From Felis catus (lineage: Eukaryota): a DNA stretch of 64,000 bases. Below are positions 25,224 through 37,772 of this stretch, one piece after another; the stretch's first letter is position 1, and every line of letters begins with the position of its first letter. Below the pieces are notes generated by a model. That model was not told the DNA's origin, searched no databases, and saw nothing but the letters and a program-made list of their open reading frames with translations. The position numbers and the translations under genes were made by a program. Location: assembly GCF_018350175.1 (NCBI RefSeq), contig NC_058368.1, positions 16,742,001 through 16,806,000 on the forward strand. Reading direction: 5' to 3'.

Positions 25224-25780
25224 TGTGGCCGATATCGCTGATGCCTCATCCTCATTCCCTTGACAACTTACTCTCGCATTGCCTACCAACAGCTTCTTGA
25301 TGTAGGAATATTCTCGCATTGCCTACCAACAGCTTCTTGATGTAGGAATATTCTCGCATTGCCTACCAACAGCTTCTTGATGTAAGAATATTCTCGCATT
25401 GCCTACCAACAGCTTCTTGATGTAAGAATATTCTCGCACTGCCTACCAACAGCTTCTTGATGTAAGAATCTCTGACTCTGAGCTGAAAGGGTTTTTGCAG
25501 ACACATGGGAGTATGCTTCACCTGTGAGTGGAAGGCTCCTAAGTGCCAGAACAACACCCACAGGGGCAGCCCTCAACCAAAGCTGAATGCAAATTGGTCG
25601 ATGTGACCTAGCTTCATCGCATGGTTGGTTGTTGTGTACTTGACCACCCACCGCATTTCCCGCATTTCCCGTCCCTGTATTTGCCACTCCATTCACCTGT
25701 AGGAGGGCCTCGCCTTCTGCATAAACTACTTGAACTCAACTCTTAGTCTTAGCATTTGCTTCTGGGGGAACTTTAAGGCA
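25224..25780 (+). mobile_element. LTR16-like ERVL 3' LTR
   Basis: TGT start after the purine tract; ggcagccctcaaccaa core; taaactacttgaactcaa..ttgcttctgggggaac..CA end. Confidence 0.8.
25271..25470. repeat. Minisatellite, 5 x 40-bp head-to-tail units (ttctcgcattgcctaccaacagcttcttgatgta[g/a]gaata)
   Basis: Units at 25271, 25311, 25351, 25391 and 25431, differing at only four positions; no spacers. Confidence 0.98.
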
Positions 25781-26409
25781 ATGACTAAAGAGATTGAAGT
25801 CAAGAGACAAGTAGCTCATCACAGTGCTCTTTATTTTGTGGTTATACTGTGACTTTCTTCTTTTTCCTAATTTTATAATATTGAAAAAATTATACTCTTT
25901 GTTTTCAGGAAATTTTAAAGTATTTCTAGAATAGAAATGCTTTAATATAAAATAGAAGTACTCTGACTAATAAACAAATATATATAATAAATAATAAATG
26001 TAAATAAATAAATACTAAAATAGAAATAGAAAATAGAAATACTCTGAATGGAAAACCAGGTGGACTTTTAAAATACACACACTCATTTTTTTTCCTTTCT
26101 AGTAAGATTATTTCCATTTTTCTCATCTTCTCATCAGACAATCCTATTGGGTTTTTTTTCAGCCTGAAATCAGGTCAGAAGGAGAAGAGTAGTTTACTAG
26201 AAATTTAAATTTTAAATGTATAATCCATTTCCTCTGGCCCAAAAAGAAAAATAAATGAGCTCACTAAATATGTCAATTCAGGGGGAATTTTTCAAAATCA
26301 TTTATTACATTGTTCTGTTGAGGTTGATAATGGTTGTATTTCTAATGTTGATAATAATGGAGACAAACACTTTGAAGTTCAGAGAAGGCTTCATAAGAAC
26401 TGCAGAATG

Positions 26410-26614
26410 AGGGATGCCTGGGTGACTCAGTCAGTTATGTGTCAGACTTTTGATTTCTGCTCATGTCATGATTTCACAGTTCCGTGGGTTTGAGCCCTAT
26501 GTCAGGCTCTGTGCTGACAGCAGGGAGCCAGCTTGGGATTCTCTGTCTCCCTCTCTCTGACCCTCCCCCACTTGTAGGCTTTCTCTCTCAAAATAAAGAA
26601 ATAAACTTTAAAAA
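26410..26614 (+). mobile_element. Can-SINE
   Basis: gggatgcctgggtgactcagtcag head, CT linker, A tail. Confidence 0.9.
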
Positions 26615-26742
26615 GCCCCTGCAGAAAGATTATTATAATGCTCGCCAAAAGGAAACAGAACATGCAAGATAGATGACATGATTAACTAAGATGTGTTCAA
26701 GTCTCTATTAGTTCTACCAAATAATAAAAATAAAAATATTGA

Positions 26743-26970
26743 GGGGCACCTGGGTGGCACAGTCGGTTAAGCGTCCAACTTCGGCTCAGGTCATGATCTC
26801 ACAGTCTGTGAGTTCGAGACCCGCATGGGGCTCTGTGCTGACAGCACGGAGCCTGAAGCCTGCTTCAGATTCTGTGTCTCCCTCTATCTATGCCCCTTCC
26901 CTCCTCATGCTCTGTCTTTTTGTCTCTTAAAAATAAATAAACATAAAAAAATTTTTTAATAAAATAAAAA
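26743..26970 (+). mobile_element. Can-SINE
   Basis: ggggcacctgggtggcacagtcgg head; TSD aataaaaatatt. Confidence 0.93.
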
Positions 26971-27559
26971 TATTCAATAGCAAGCATTCATTAAACATCA
27001 ATGTTTTACCAGATACTCTGCTCAGTTTGGTGAATATAGAAATTACTTATGTGTGGTTCCATAGCTTATGTCACACACAGTGGCTTCATTTCCTTATGAG
27101 GTTTCTCTTTGCTTTTTTATTTATTGACAGACACTTGAATGGCAAGAAAGTACAACAAGGCTGCCGCTACAATATTTACCTGCAACTCATGCTTCTGATG
27201 CTCTAGCAAAATGAATAACAAGCATTTTCAAAATTTGGGCAATGCAATTATTTCTTGTACAAATTGTTATAGCTACTATACCTAGAGCTGACCTAGATGT
27301 GAATAGCTTGATAACTCCAGAGGTAAATTTAAAAACTGTATTACAAATTATTAATGCATGAAATAAGGTGTATAAGTGACATTATTGTGTCTAGGATTTG
27401 GTCCCTCACCGCAAAATCAGGGGCAAGGATTTAACTGCAGATAGTTTACTTGAGGTGCAATCCCAGAAGGCAATAAGAGCAAAACATATAAGGAGTGAAT
27501 TATTCATTTGCTCGTAAGAATAGAAAGTCATACAGACACAATAGAAGGAAGCATAGCAA

Positions 27560-28180
27560 TTTCTTAATGACCTAGACATTCAACTAGGATAAGACTCGGC
27601 AAATGCAATCCTCAGCATTTATACCAGGGAAATGAAGATTTATATTCACACAAAAACCTGTGCATTGGTGTTTATAACAACTTTCTTTGTTATAGCTGAA
27701 ATCTGGGGACAATTCAGATACTTTTCAGTGAGTGCATGCTTCAACAAACCGGTACCTGCGTACCATATGAGACTATCAGCAATGGTAAAGGAGCAACCTC
27801 GATAACACAAACCACCTGGATGAATCTCCAGGGAATTATGTTGTGTGAAAAGAGGTCAACCTTGCTACGATCCCATACATGTAACATTCATGCAATGACA
27901 AAAGTATAAATATGGAGAACAGGTTAATGGTTTCTAGGGGTTGGGAAGTAGGGAGTGGAGCCGAAGCGGAGGTGGTTATATAAAAGCCAATGTGAGAACT
28001 ACTTTTGGTGATGGAAATGTTCTGTGCCTTGGCTGTATCGATGTCCACATCCTGTTTTCCGAGATGTTACCACTGGAGGAAACTGATAAAAGGTACATGG
28101 GAATCTCTCTGTATTATTTCTTGTATTTTAAAACGGCATGTGAATCTACAGTTGTATCAAGATTAAAAGTTTAATTTAAC
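27560..28180 (+). mobile_element. Old L1 (L1MC-type) 3' end
   Basis: gaaatgaagatttatattcacacaaaaacctg..ggatgaatctccagggaattatg..catgtgaatctacag..aaaagtttaa. Confidence 0.8.
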
Positions 28181-28194
28181 AAAAGACACAAATG

Positions 28195-28660
28195 CCTATA
28201 CACACAGTTTACACTCTAGTGAAGAAATAGACAATAGACCAAACAAACCGATGAACATGTGGGATGTTAAAACAAGATAAGCAATAAGGACATAAAATAT
28301 GGAGAGAAGTGAGTTAAAGGGTACGAAGAATAGGGTGCAATACTAAATGAGTGAAAAATATTAGAGAAGGTGATAAAGTGATGAATTCCTGAAAGTAAAG
28401 GAGTGAGTTCTGGATTTATCTGCGTGTAGAGCTGTCCAGAAGGAGGGAACAGCACATGGAAAGATCCTAAACAGGATATTCTGACCAGACAAACATAATA
28501 GAGGGACAGAGTAATGGAGGAACCTGGGAGTAGATCACATAGGGTTTTCTAGGATACTGTAAAGGCTTTGGCTTTTTCTACCTGTGAAATGTGACAGTTA
28601 AAAGGAAAGAGGTGAGAGATTCAAAGAGGGTGCTTAAAATCTAGAATTTATCCTGATCCA
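28195..28660 (-). mobile_element. L2 fragment
   Basis: acactctagtgaagaaatagacaat..ccagaaggagggaacagcacatggaaagatcc..gatcacatagggtttt. Confidence 0.55.
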
Positions 28661-29785
28661 ACGGCCAGTTCCCCAGACTAAGATCCAGTTTAGGTGATGT
28701 GAGGCCCCACTCTTCCTGTTAGATTCCCTCTTGTTTCCACACACTTCCTTATAATACCCACCATATGACCTCGCCTGTTCTTGCGTTTCAAGCAAATCTC
28801 TGTGCCTCTGTGAGCATAAGGACTTCAAACAAACAGGCAAACTACCACAATAGATACAATGTAAGGGACATCACGACGCACAAGACAGATTTATTTTTTT
28901 TTCCAATAGCATTCTATAGTCTGGTAGAGAAAAAAATTATAAAAGTGGAAAAAAGTGATAAAGCAAAATGTGGAGGTGACCTAACAGATATCAACCATAT
29001 TCTCCAGTGGGAAAAAAAAATAGGAAAAAATGATTAATTCCAACAGAGTAAAATAGGCAATTCTTCATGGGAAGCCATTCAAATCGAATCTTAAAATGTA
29101 TGCAGGATTTCACCAGGCATAGATGAAATGAAAGCATATTGAATGTGCAAGTTTTGCAGAGATGAAGGGTTGGAAACACAATTACTTTCCAGAGTAAATT
29201 TGGCTAATATTAATTTTGTCATACATTTTTGTCAGCTTTGACATTTTCACTATAAGATTAGTGTGTGGATGTTAAAAGTAAATTAGGTAGAAATAATGAC
29301 AATTACAAGAAATACTACTTTGATGAGTGGCTAAGTTTGAGAGAAACCTTAAAATCTTTACTTAAGAAGAACTGTTAACAATATTTGCCTTGGAGAACAA
29401 AACTGTGATTCATAGAAATTTTTTTATGAGTATAAGAATTTGACAAAACAAGAGCCTGAATATGGTAGCAGAAATATTGCTCTGTTTATGCAATAAATAT
29501 AATATGCCTTGTTGTGACAATATAATTAACTTTCATGTAATAGCTTTAGGAAGTAATTCTAAACTGCACTGTGCAGAACAACACAGAAAGATGCCATTAA
29601 TCCTCCTTATGGAGTAAATTCCAGAATATACCAAAAAATACACTAAACAGGAGGAATTACAATCTTTAAAAATTCATTCTTTTATAAAACCATTCTCTCC
29701 TGATGCTATTGTAATATGCTAATTAGTTATAAAATACATAACAGAAACTTTCCCTTTAAATTTAAGAACGACCACTAAGTCTGAT

Positions 29786-30357
29786 GATGAAAAGTGTCCT
29801 GAGGCAGCTTGGGAGAAAATTCTCCATCACTCTCCCTGACATTTACACATTTTGTGTGCAAGGCAGTAGCTGCTTTGTTTCTGGTCATCATTTCAAGAAT
29901 GTTTGTATAGCAAATAATCTTAGAGGAAATAAATAATGTCTCCCTTCAGAGCAAAGGGCAAGTTTATTTACAGGCTTAGAGATATAGATAATGCCCCCCT
30001 CTGGAGCGAAGGACACTGTCCAATATAATAAAGACAAGTCCTTTTGGAAGAAAAGTAAGGTGTTTTCTTCTGTCCATTAAAAAAGATTTGGGGCCAGGAT
30101 TCCTCCCCTGGAATACAACCCATTGTCTATGCAGGTGCTAACTGGTCCTCTCCATGCCACCTGGTGGGAACTGGGCTCTGCAAACGTGTACAGGAAAACT
30201 CGAATACTCTGGCTACTGCTATTGCTGTGAGTAATAAAGCCCTTTGTCTCAAACCCAGGAGTCTTATATCTTCTGCCAGTATCCATAAAACTGGAGCAGG
30301 CTACTTGTTACTTTCCAAGTAGGGTGAAAATCTCAGACATTTCACTGTTCTTGACAA
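29786..30357 (+). mobile_element. Solo ERVL LTR, MER76-like
   Basis: gctactgctattgctgtgagtaataaagccc..acccaggagtct..aagtagggtgaaaatctcagac..gttcttgaCA. Confidence 0.7.
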
Positions 30358-30491
30358 GGTAATTTCTATCTTAGTATTGAGGGGTTTGGTTTTTTTTTAA
30401 ATTGAATTATCTTGATATACTTTCCTCAACACATTATCAGTTCTCAAATTGCAGCAATAATGCCCTTAGATTTCTCTGTCATCCAGGGTTT

Positions 30492-31152
30492 TGGTTATAG
30501 GATTCAGACCCACTTGCTTCAGACTTGATGAAATGGCACCACAACGGGTCTTAAGGATTAGCTGGCTTTAAAATAACACCTCCTCACTTGCTGGCCTAAG
30601 GCTCTTGATCTGTAACAGAACCAATTTACTTTCTATGAGATTTTCAGCCCACTGGCCTTGAGGAGTGAAGGACCAGAACTTTCCCAGGCCGGGAAAGCCA
30701 GCAAATCTGTCTGAAGCTATCTCAGCTTTCTGGTGAACCCAGCAATTTCTTAGCAAAATGTTTTTCTTTTTTTTGTAGATCACACAAATGATTTTTCTAA
30801 CATCTCTTTGTGTATCTGTGGACCTTGGCCCTCCTTTGCAAAAAAGAACAAAGTACTCTTGCACATCACAAAACAGAAACCGGGCCTCCCTGAGCTCTGA
30901 GATAATGTCTATAGTTGGCATCATCGAGTCTGCACAAAATCAAGAAATGTTGCAGGCCACAGCACTCCCTGGACTGATTACCCTAAAACCCCTTGGATAC
31001 TGTGGGGGGAAGCAGAAATCTCAGAGTTGGATTGTGGACATGAGTTCACCTTCTCCCCAGGTGGCCAGCCTCCTCAAATTCCTTTCCAATCAAAACTTAT
31101 CTCTTTAGTACTGACCTTTTGAGCCATCAGCACCCAAACTTGGGTTAGGTGA
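30492..31152 (+). mobile_element. Probable solo ERV1-class LTR (family uncertain)
   Basis: 3' part gacatgagttcaccttctccccaggtggccagcctc..ttcctttcc..ttttgagc..ttaggtgata resembles MER89/90-group LTR ends. Confidence 0.4.
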
Positions 31153-31860
31153 TACTGGGAATATTGAAGATGGGTAAAATTTAGTATATGCAATACTCTT
31201 AATGTCAAAGAAACCTACTATTTCCTTATTGCTTGACCAGTGTTCTTTCATTTATAAGAGTTAAATATTTGACAACCTTGTGAAGAAACCAATGACCTGG
31301 TCATCAGAGATTGGCCCAATGTTTATTAGGTACTTAAAGGCCCTAAAGAAAGAGAAGCAGAGTTCTTGCTAAGAATTTGCTAATAAATAGCTTATATATA
31401 GAATTTGTTAGCTTTTCTTAAGTTAAAAAAATTACAGTACACTAATTTCTATCTCATCTCTATCAACCATAAAAACACATTTCACAGACATAACCAGATT
31501 AGAAATTCTCCATTCCTGTAGATTTTTAAAAATCAGGGCATTTAGGATTTTTCCAGATTAAGATATGAAACATATGCTTCTAATTTAATCTTCCCTATAA
31601 AATTACAATAAAGAGAGGTTATTTTTAAGACAAAACTGAAAAGGAGGGGCATCACAGAAGAGCAGACAACAGTAATAAAATTCTAGAAACAGGTATGCAG
31701 ATGGAAGTATTAATATACTTTATTTAATAAACAAGAGAAAGTTAAATCCTAAAGAAGTCAGGAAACAATGAAAACCAATTCAAAGAGAATCCTTAAAATA
31801 TTAGGATACAACAGTTTCAGAATCAATCAAACCTGGAGAGTTAGGTCTAAAATAAATCCA

Positions 31861-32057
31861 GGGGCGCCTGGGTGGCTTAGTCACTTAACCGTCAGAATCT
31901 TGATTTGGACTCAGGTCATGATCTCATGGTTCTGGAGTTCGAACCCCACGTCCAACTCTGTGCTGACAGCAAGGATCCTCCTGCTTGGGATTTTCTCTCT
32001 CCCTCTCTCTCTGCCCCTCCCCTGTTCTCTCTCAAAATAAATAAACTTTTAAAAAAC
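31861..32057 (+). mobile_element. Can-SINE
   Basis: ggggcgcctgggtggc head; TSD aaataaatcca. Confidence 0.93.
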
Positions 32058-33189
32058 AAATAAATCCAAAAGTTGGGTTTAAAATAAATATAAATGTTTA
32101 AAAAATGATTGACAGGAGTTGGTTCTCACGTGTCCCTTTCCCATAGGCAATCATGGAGGCTCTTCCTGGGCAGGGGTTCCCAGTGGAGTAAAAGGCATGA
32201 CTGTACCGAATTTTGTGGCTCCTCGTCCTCTGTCTCCAGTGAGCTCCCAGAAAGCCACCAGCTAGACCTTTATCCTATAGTAATAATACACAGAAAAGTG
32301 AGAGAAAGTATCACATCAATGAAACCAAAAGAGAATTCTACTCCAAAAGAAGAAAATAAGTTTTTGGAAACTCATTTGGCCAGCTCATATGGAAACCCTA
32401 ATAGCAAAAGAGAAAAGTTAAAAGAGGTATTCAAAGAGTTTTAGGAAATAGCTCTGAAACTAGAGCAAAACTGTGAGATTTGAAAAATCATAGAGAAAAC
32501 TGAAGAAAATGTAGAGCTTGTCTACGTGTCTAAAACCTGAACCAGAAAATTTCCTCAAAGACTAAACGGAGGGGGAGGAATTGACAACACTGAGGAAGAT
32601 AACTGATTTGGGTGCAAGTTATATTTCAAGAATGTAGTACAAGGAGCTGTCTTTACCAGGGGTCCCCCCCACCCCCGTATTCGTGTCATCTTTAAGCTGG
32701 GAATATTAGTCTTGACAACGTAGTGATAAACGTTGGGTCCCTTCACTTCCCATTGCTTTCATCAACTGAAAATATGCCTTTAATTCCAGTGAGGTGTTTC
32801 ATTTTGACCTTCTCCTAAGATCAGGCCTTCCCCATAGTAAACTTAGAAGCAAACTACGTAGAGTAGCCTAGCCTTACTGAACTTATTAGGACTGTCTGGC
32901 CAGCATTTTGCTGCCTCAACAGTCTTAAAAATGTTTCTACTGTGTTGATTCATATGATTCACAAGACTCCTCGATGATACTGACCTTTAACTTTTCCAGA
33001 AAGGGCTTCTCTATCAGTTGTCAGGGAAGCTGAAGTTAGATTATGCTCCAGACACTGGCTTACCCTCCCCGGGGTGTGGTAAGTTGTCCTTTCCTTCCAG
33101 AGTTAAACTTGTGAGGGCTGCTCAGCTCATCGCAAGTAAACAATGTATTTTGCCGTGGGAAGAAAGTTTAAGAATTCTGTATGCTTCTA

Positions 33190-33520
33190 CCAATGGGCTA
33201 ACAAGGCTTAGGGCAGAAAGCCACCTACCCAGGAGAAAAGCATCCGAGAACAGTTAGAGGTGGGAAGCTGCAGGAGGGCAAAAGCGCCCAAGGTTAGTCA
33301 ACAAATAGAACCAAGTGGAAAGCGGAAAGCCGCTAGGGGGTGAAGACGCCCAAGGTTAGCTGGTGGAAAGGTGCCTTGTTGGCCTTGAGGCAGCCAGCTC
33401 AGGCAATCTCACACTTCCGGAGACAACAGCTACTTCGCCGTATCGCCTACAGAGAAACACTGTCCATCTGGCGTCTGGCGCCAGTTGTCATTGTGCTTTA
33501 ATCTCAACTTGGAACGCGGC
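33190..33520. promoter_or_regulatory. Candidate promoter/enhancer (CpG-enriched; NR5A-type, ETS and CCAAT motifs)
   Basis: About a dozen CpGs in about 280 bp outside any SINE; CCAAT 33190; CCAAGGTTA twice; TCAAGGCCA (reverse, 33380-33388); CACTTCCGG 33412-33420. Confidence 0.35.
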
Positions 33521-34300
33521 TCACCCCCCAACCCTTTGCTTCTTACGCACACAAGCTCTTGATCACCATCTTGCTGTTTTCTTCTGCATGTTCACATGTA
33601 AAACCTTGAGAGCTCAATAAATACAGAGACGAAACCCCAGTTCTGGGTTCTTGTCTCCTCCCGGACACTAGCCTCTCTAATTTTCAGTTCTCTGTCGCTC
33701 TCTTGCTGGATAAGAGAGAAGTCCAGACTCATAGTCTGTGACATTTTGCAAGTGTAGCTACACTGGACATAAATTATAAAGGAAAACAAAAGAACGATTA
33801 AGCATCAGATTCCTAGTTGTCCCTGGGAGTGGAGGAAGGCACAGTGCTTCTCCACATTGCTGACCTTCCACTTGTAACCTACTTAGCAAGTACATGTATA
33901 AACCAATTAAACCACGCTTATACATTCACACACTTCTCCATACGTAAGTTATTTCAAAGTAAGACTTTTTTTTTTCCTATAAAAAGGCACTCATTTTCTG
34001 TTTCCATTCAAGTCAAGAAGGTAAATTAGGGTACTAAAATATCTCACTTTCTTTTCAGATTCTATAATTATGTTAAATAAGATCTTAAAAAAAAAAAAGA
34101 CAACTAGAAGTATGTACTGGCTCTTACACTTGCCAAAGAAAATCTATTGGAGATTAAAGTTAATCTATTTAATGTAAAGGTTTGCCTCCATGACTTTTTG
34201 TCATGTGTGTGAATTAACAGGATTTTGTTTGTTTGTTTGCAGGCACTGAATATATGTGGAGAACAATAGAAAATGTGGTGAACATTCTGAGGGAGGAGGA

Positions 34301-34640
34301 CAGTTGACTTTTGCACAATATGGGAGTTAGAAGTGCTAATCCCCATGCAGTTGAAAACCCACTAATAACTTTTGACTTCCCCCCCAAAACTTAACTACTA
34401 ATTGCCTACTGTTGACCAAAAGATTTACCAATAACATAAACAGTCGATTGACACATATATTGTATGCTGTATGTATTATATACTGTATTGTTATAAAAAG
34501 GACCTACAGAAAAAGAAAAAAAATGTTATTAAGAAAATTATAGGAAAGAAAAATATAGTTATAGTATCCTATTCTGTATATTTGACATTTCATATAAGAA
34601 GACCCACGTAGTTCAGAATCATGATGTTCAAGGGTCACTG
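34301..34640. mobile_element. Tigger2a-like non-autonomous DNA transposon
   Basis: Terminal inverted repeats cagttgacttttgcacaa / gttcaagggtcactg; internal aacttaactactaattgcctactgttgacc..aacataaacagtcgatt. Confidence 0.85.
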
Positions 34641-36325
34641 TCTAACTAGGACCAACTAGAATTCAATAGTTTGAATTTTTCCAGACAATGTGTTTATTAT
34701 TTGTTAAAAAATATTTTGCATCATATATTTTAGAATGTTTTCTGCTCTAAAAATGTGTGCATCAATTACTGCTATAGACTAATACTGTCACAGTTTGGTA
34801 AATAGATATAAATTTAATTATTCTGACCTCTGCATAAGCACATAATTACCTAATTAGGAAAAGCAATGGTTCATTAAGCAATGCAAAACCTCATGTCTTT
34901 CTGCTTTATTAAAAACCTGTTTTATTTTACAAAGAGTTAATTCAAATGCCATCATAACATGTTTTAAAAGGGTTAGGAATGCTATTGTCATTTTTAATTT
35001 AAATCTATAAGAAAATGGATTTACCACTGATAATTTAAGTTAAAATCATGACATATTTGTCAAAAGTGTCTTTTCCAGTACAACTTATTATTTTGGTGGA
35101 GGTATTCAATGGTTGAAAATATACTTGCATCTAAAGTGCTAATTGTCTTGCCGAGGGTGGTAGAAAAGTACTAGGCTTTGAGGGAAAGAAAAGAAAATTC
35201 CATTTTACATATTAAGAGTAACCAAATCAGTAAGAACTTGGAATAAACTTCCAGATGAAATAATTATTTCCTTATGCCATTTGCAAAGAAGTATAAGATG
35301 GGGCAAGATGATATTTAACCGATAGTGTAACAGGGAGAGAATGTATTGAATGCCCAGGGACATGTGAAATAGATTGTGTTAGTTTGGGTTTGGCCAGGAG
35401 AAAGAACTACCCTAGATGATATAAGCAGCAAATTAGAGAAAATCATATCATCGATTTCAATAGTCAATGATTTTTGAAAAAAATGAGGGGGAAATTACCA
35501 AGGGATGCCTCTGCTGGTTTTAAAAACACAGGAGAGAAGGGAATGGCAGGAGGCAAATGCCAATTCTCTCAGCTGCCTGTCAAGGGACAATGCCGGGAAA
35601 CTGCTGGCAAATCCTCACCTCACCAAAGCCCACGCACATTCCTGGAGGGGTTCCCTTTGCGCGCCTTCCCAAATTCAGGTAACTCACATCGGTGGAATAT
35701 AAATGGGACCCTGTTGGCCAGGGATAGATAGGAAATATTTAAGATGCAAATGCACAATGATGAGCTGCGATTCAACACAAAGATAAATTAAACGGTTTTC
35801 TCGGTTAAGACTAGTAAGCCATCAGTTATCAAATATAGCAAAATCCTGCCTCAGGTACTAGATACACACACAGTAAGCTCTTATAATTTCTAAATTGAGA
35901 ACTTTGTTTGATTGAAAGCTTGAGCAATATTTTATCTCAGGCCATGAAACTCATATTGGGAAATATAAAATATGATTAATTAAAATATATCTCCAGATAG
36001 CTAAGAGCTTTTTTTTAACTTAATTATAGATAATAATAATTTTTACCAAGACAAATTTGGTATAAATTTGATATACATGAGTCCTCTTAAAACAGACATA
36101 GGAACAGGATTCTAGTTGATAAATTTAGTAATTATTATAGTCAATCGTCTTAGACATTTATGACAATATTTTAATGACCGATCAAGTGACAGCCAATTAA
36201 TACAATATTATTAAACAGCCTTGTGGAAACTATTCCTGGTCATTTAGAAGGTGGCATCCTAGTCCAAATAAATTAGGAACACCATGAATGTTGTTTATTT
36301 ATGGTTTTACTCATACTTCATTCTT

Positions 36326-36534
36326 ATTTTTTTTAATGTTTATTTATTTTTGAGAGAGACAGAGACAGAGTGTGAGCAAGGGTAGAGCAGAGAGAGAGGG
36401 AGACAGAATCCCAAACAGGCTCCAGGCTCTGAGCTGCCAGCACAGAGCCCAAGGCGGGGTTCGAACTCACAAACTGTAAGATCATGACCTGAGTCGAAGT
36501 CAGACGCTTAACTCACTGGACCACTAAGGCGCCC
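36326..36534 (-). mobile_element. Can-SINE
   Basis: Reverse body; TSD tggttttactcatactt. Confidence 0.93.
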
Positions 36535-36950
36535 TGGTTTTACTCATACTTTATTGTTTTCTTTCATTTGACCAAATGATTGACTATTTAACTGGCTTCT
36601 GGCCCTAATCCTCCAGTTTTCTTTACTTTTTAAAAATCTGGTCTATCATTGGTATGACTATGCTGACATTTATTTTTAAAGACAAAAAATCTCCTAGGAA
36701 TCTACTTCACCCACCAGAGGGAAAAGAGGACACAATCCCTGACGCTACTCACCACGGAAATGCAAGGATGCTCAGATTCTTCTGAGAGTTCACATTCTCA
36801 ATCCTTTCTGCCTGTGGATCCCTGATTCGTGTGATTAGTGTGAAGAGATTGCTCACTTCAAATCTATTGAAAAGAAACACTAAGTTTTAAAAATGAAGAG
36901 AAAGACTAAAACCAAGGGGGAAATCAAGGGACATAATTTTGTTTCTCAAG

Positions 36951-37158
36951 TTTGTTTTTATTTATTTTATTTTGAGAAAGAGAGAGAGACAGCATGAGCA
37001 GGGGAGGGGCAGAGAGAGAGGGAGAGAGAGAATCCCAAGCAGGCTCCGAGGTGTCAGTGCAGAGCCTGATGCGGGACTTAAACTCACGACTGTGAGATCA
37101 TGACCTGAGCTGAAATCAAGAGTCGACTGCTTAACCAACTGAGCCACCCAGGCACCCC
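36951..37158 (-). mobile_element. Can-SINE
   Basis: Reverse body and head. Confidence 0.93.
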
Positions 37159-37330
37159 AAGGAACATAAATTTTTTGAAGAACTAAAATAATCTACCCTC
37201 AGTTCTTAAGAAAAATGAATAAAGGAGCCACAATCAAAGATACATTCAGAACTCTGGATGGGAAATGAAAGCTCTTTAGGGATACTTCAAGTTCAGAGCC
37301 TAGAGTTAATGTATCATTACTCCTATGTTC

Positions 37331-37530
37331 TTTTTTTTTTTTTCAGTTTATTTATTTTTGACAGAGACAGAATGCGAGCATGAGCTGGGGAGGGGCAGAG
37401 AAAGAGGGAGACACAGAATCCAAAGCAGGCTCCAGGCTCCGAGCTGTCAGCACAGAGCCTGATGCGGGGCTTGAACTCACGAACGGGGCCAAAGTCAGAC
37501 GCTTGACCGACTGAGCCACCCAGGTGCCCC
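37331..37530 (-). mobile_element. Can-SINE
   Basis: Reverse body with internal deletion; TSD cattactcctatgt. Confidence 0.93.
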
Positions 37531-37676
37531 ATTACTCCTATGTCCTTACTCTTCTGTACTTTTAGTTGTAGTTATAGCTTCTGTGGCATTTTCTATATTG
37601 TGGAGAAAGCAAAAACTCTACCTCAGCCTTTTCACTTTACCCAGTAGGGATGAGTATCTAAGTTTGCTCTCTCTCT

Positions 37677-37772
37677 TTTTTTAAAGTAATCTCTACATGC
37701 AACGTGGGGCTCAAATTCCTGATCTCAAGATCAAGAGTCACATGCTGCAAGGACTAAGCCAGCCAGGTGCCT
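37677..37772 (-). mobile_element. Short, older Can-SINE
   Basis: caacgtggggctcaaa..gatcaagagtcacatgct..aagccagccaggtgcc. Confidence 0.8.

Noticed and set aside
25271..25470. CRISPR-like array of regular 40-bp repeats
   Set aside because: Units are contiguous with no unique spacers, there are no cas genes, and the context is a mammalian LTR. It is a minisatellite.
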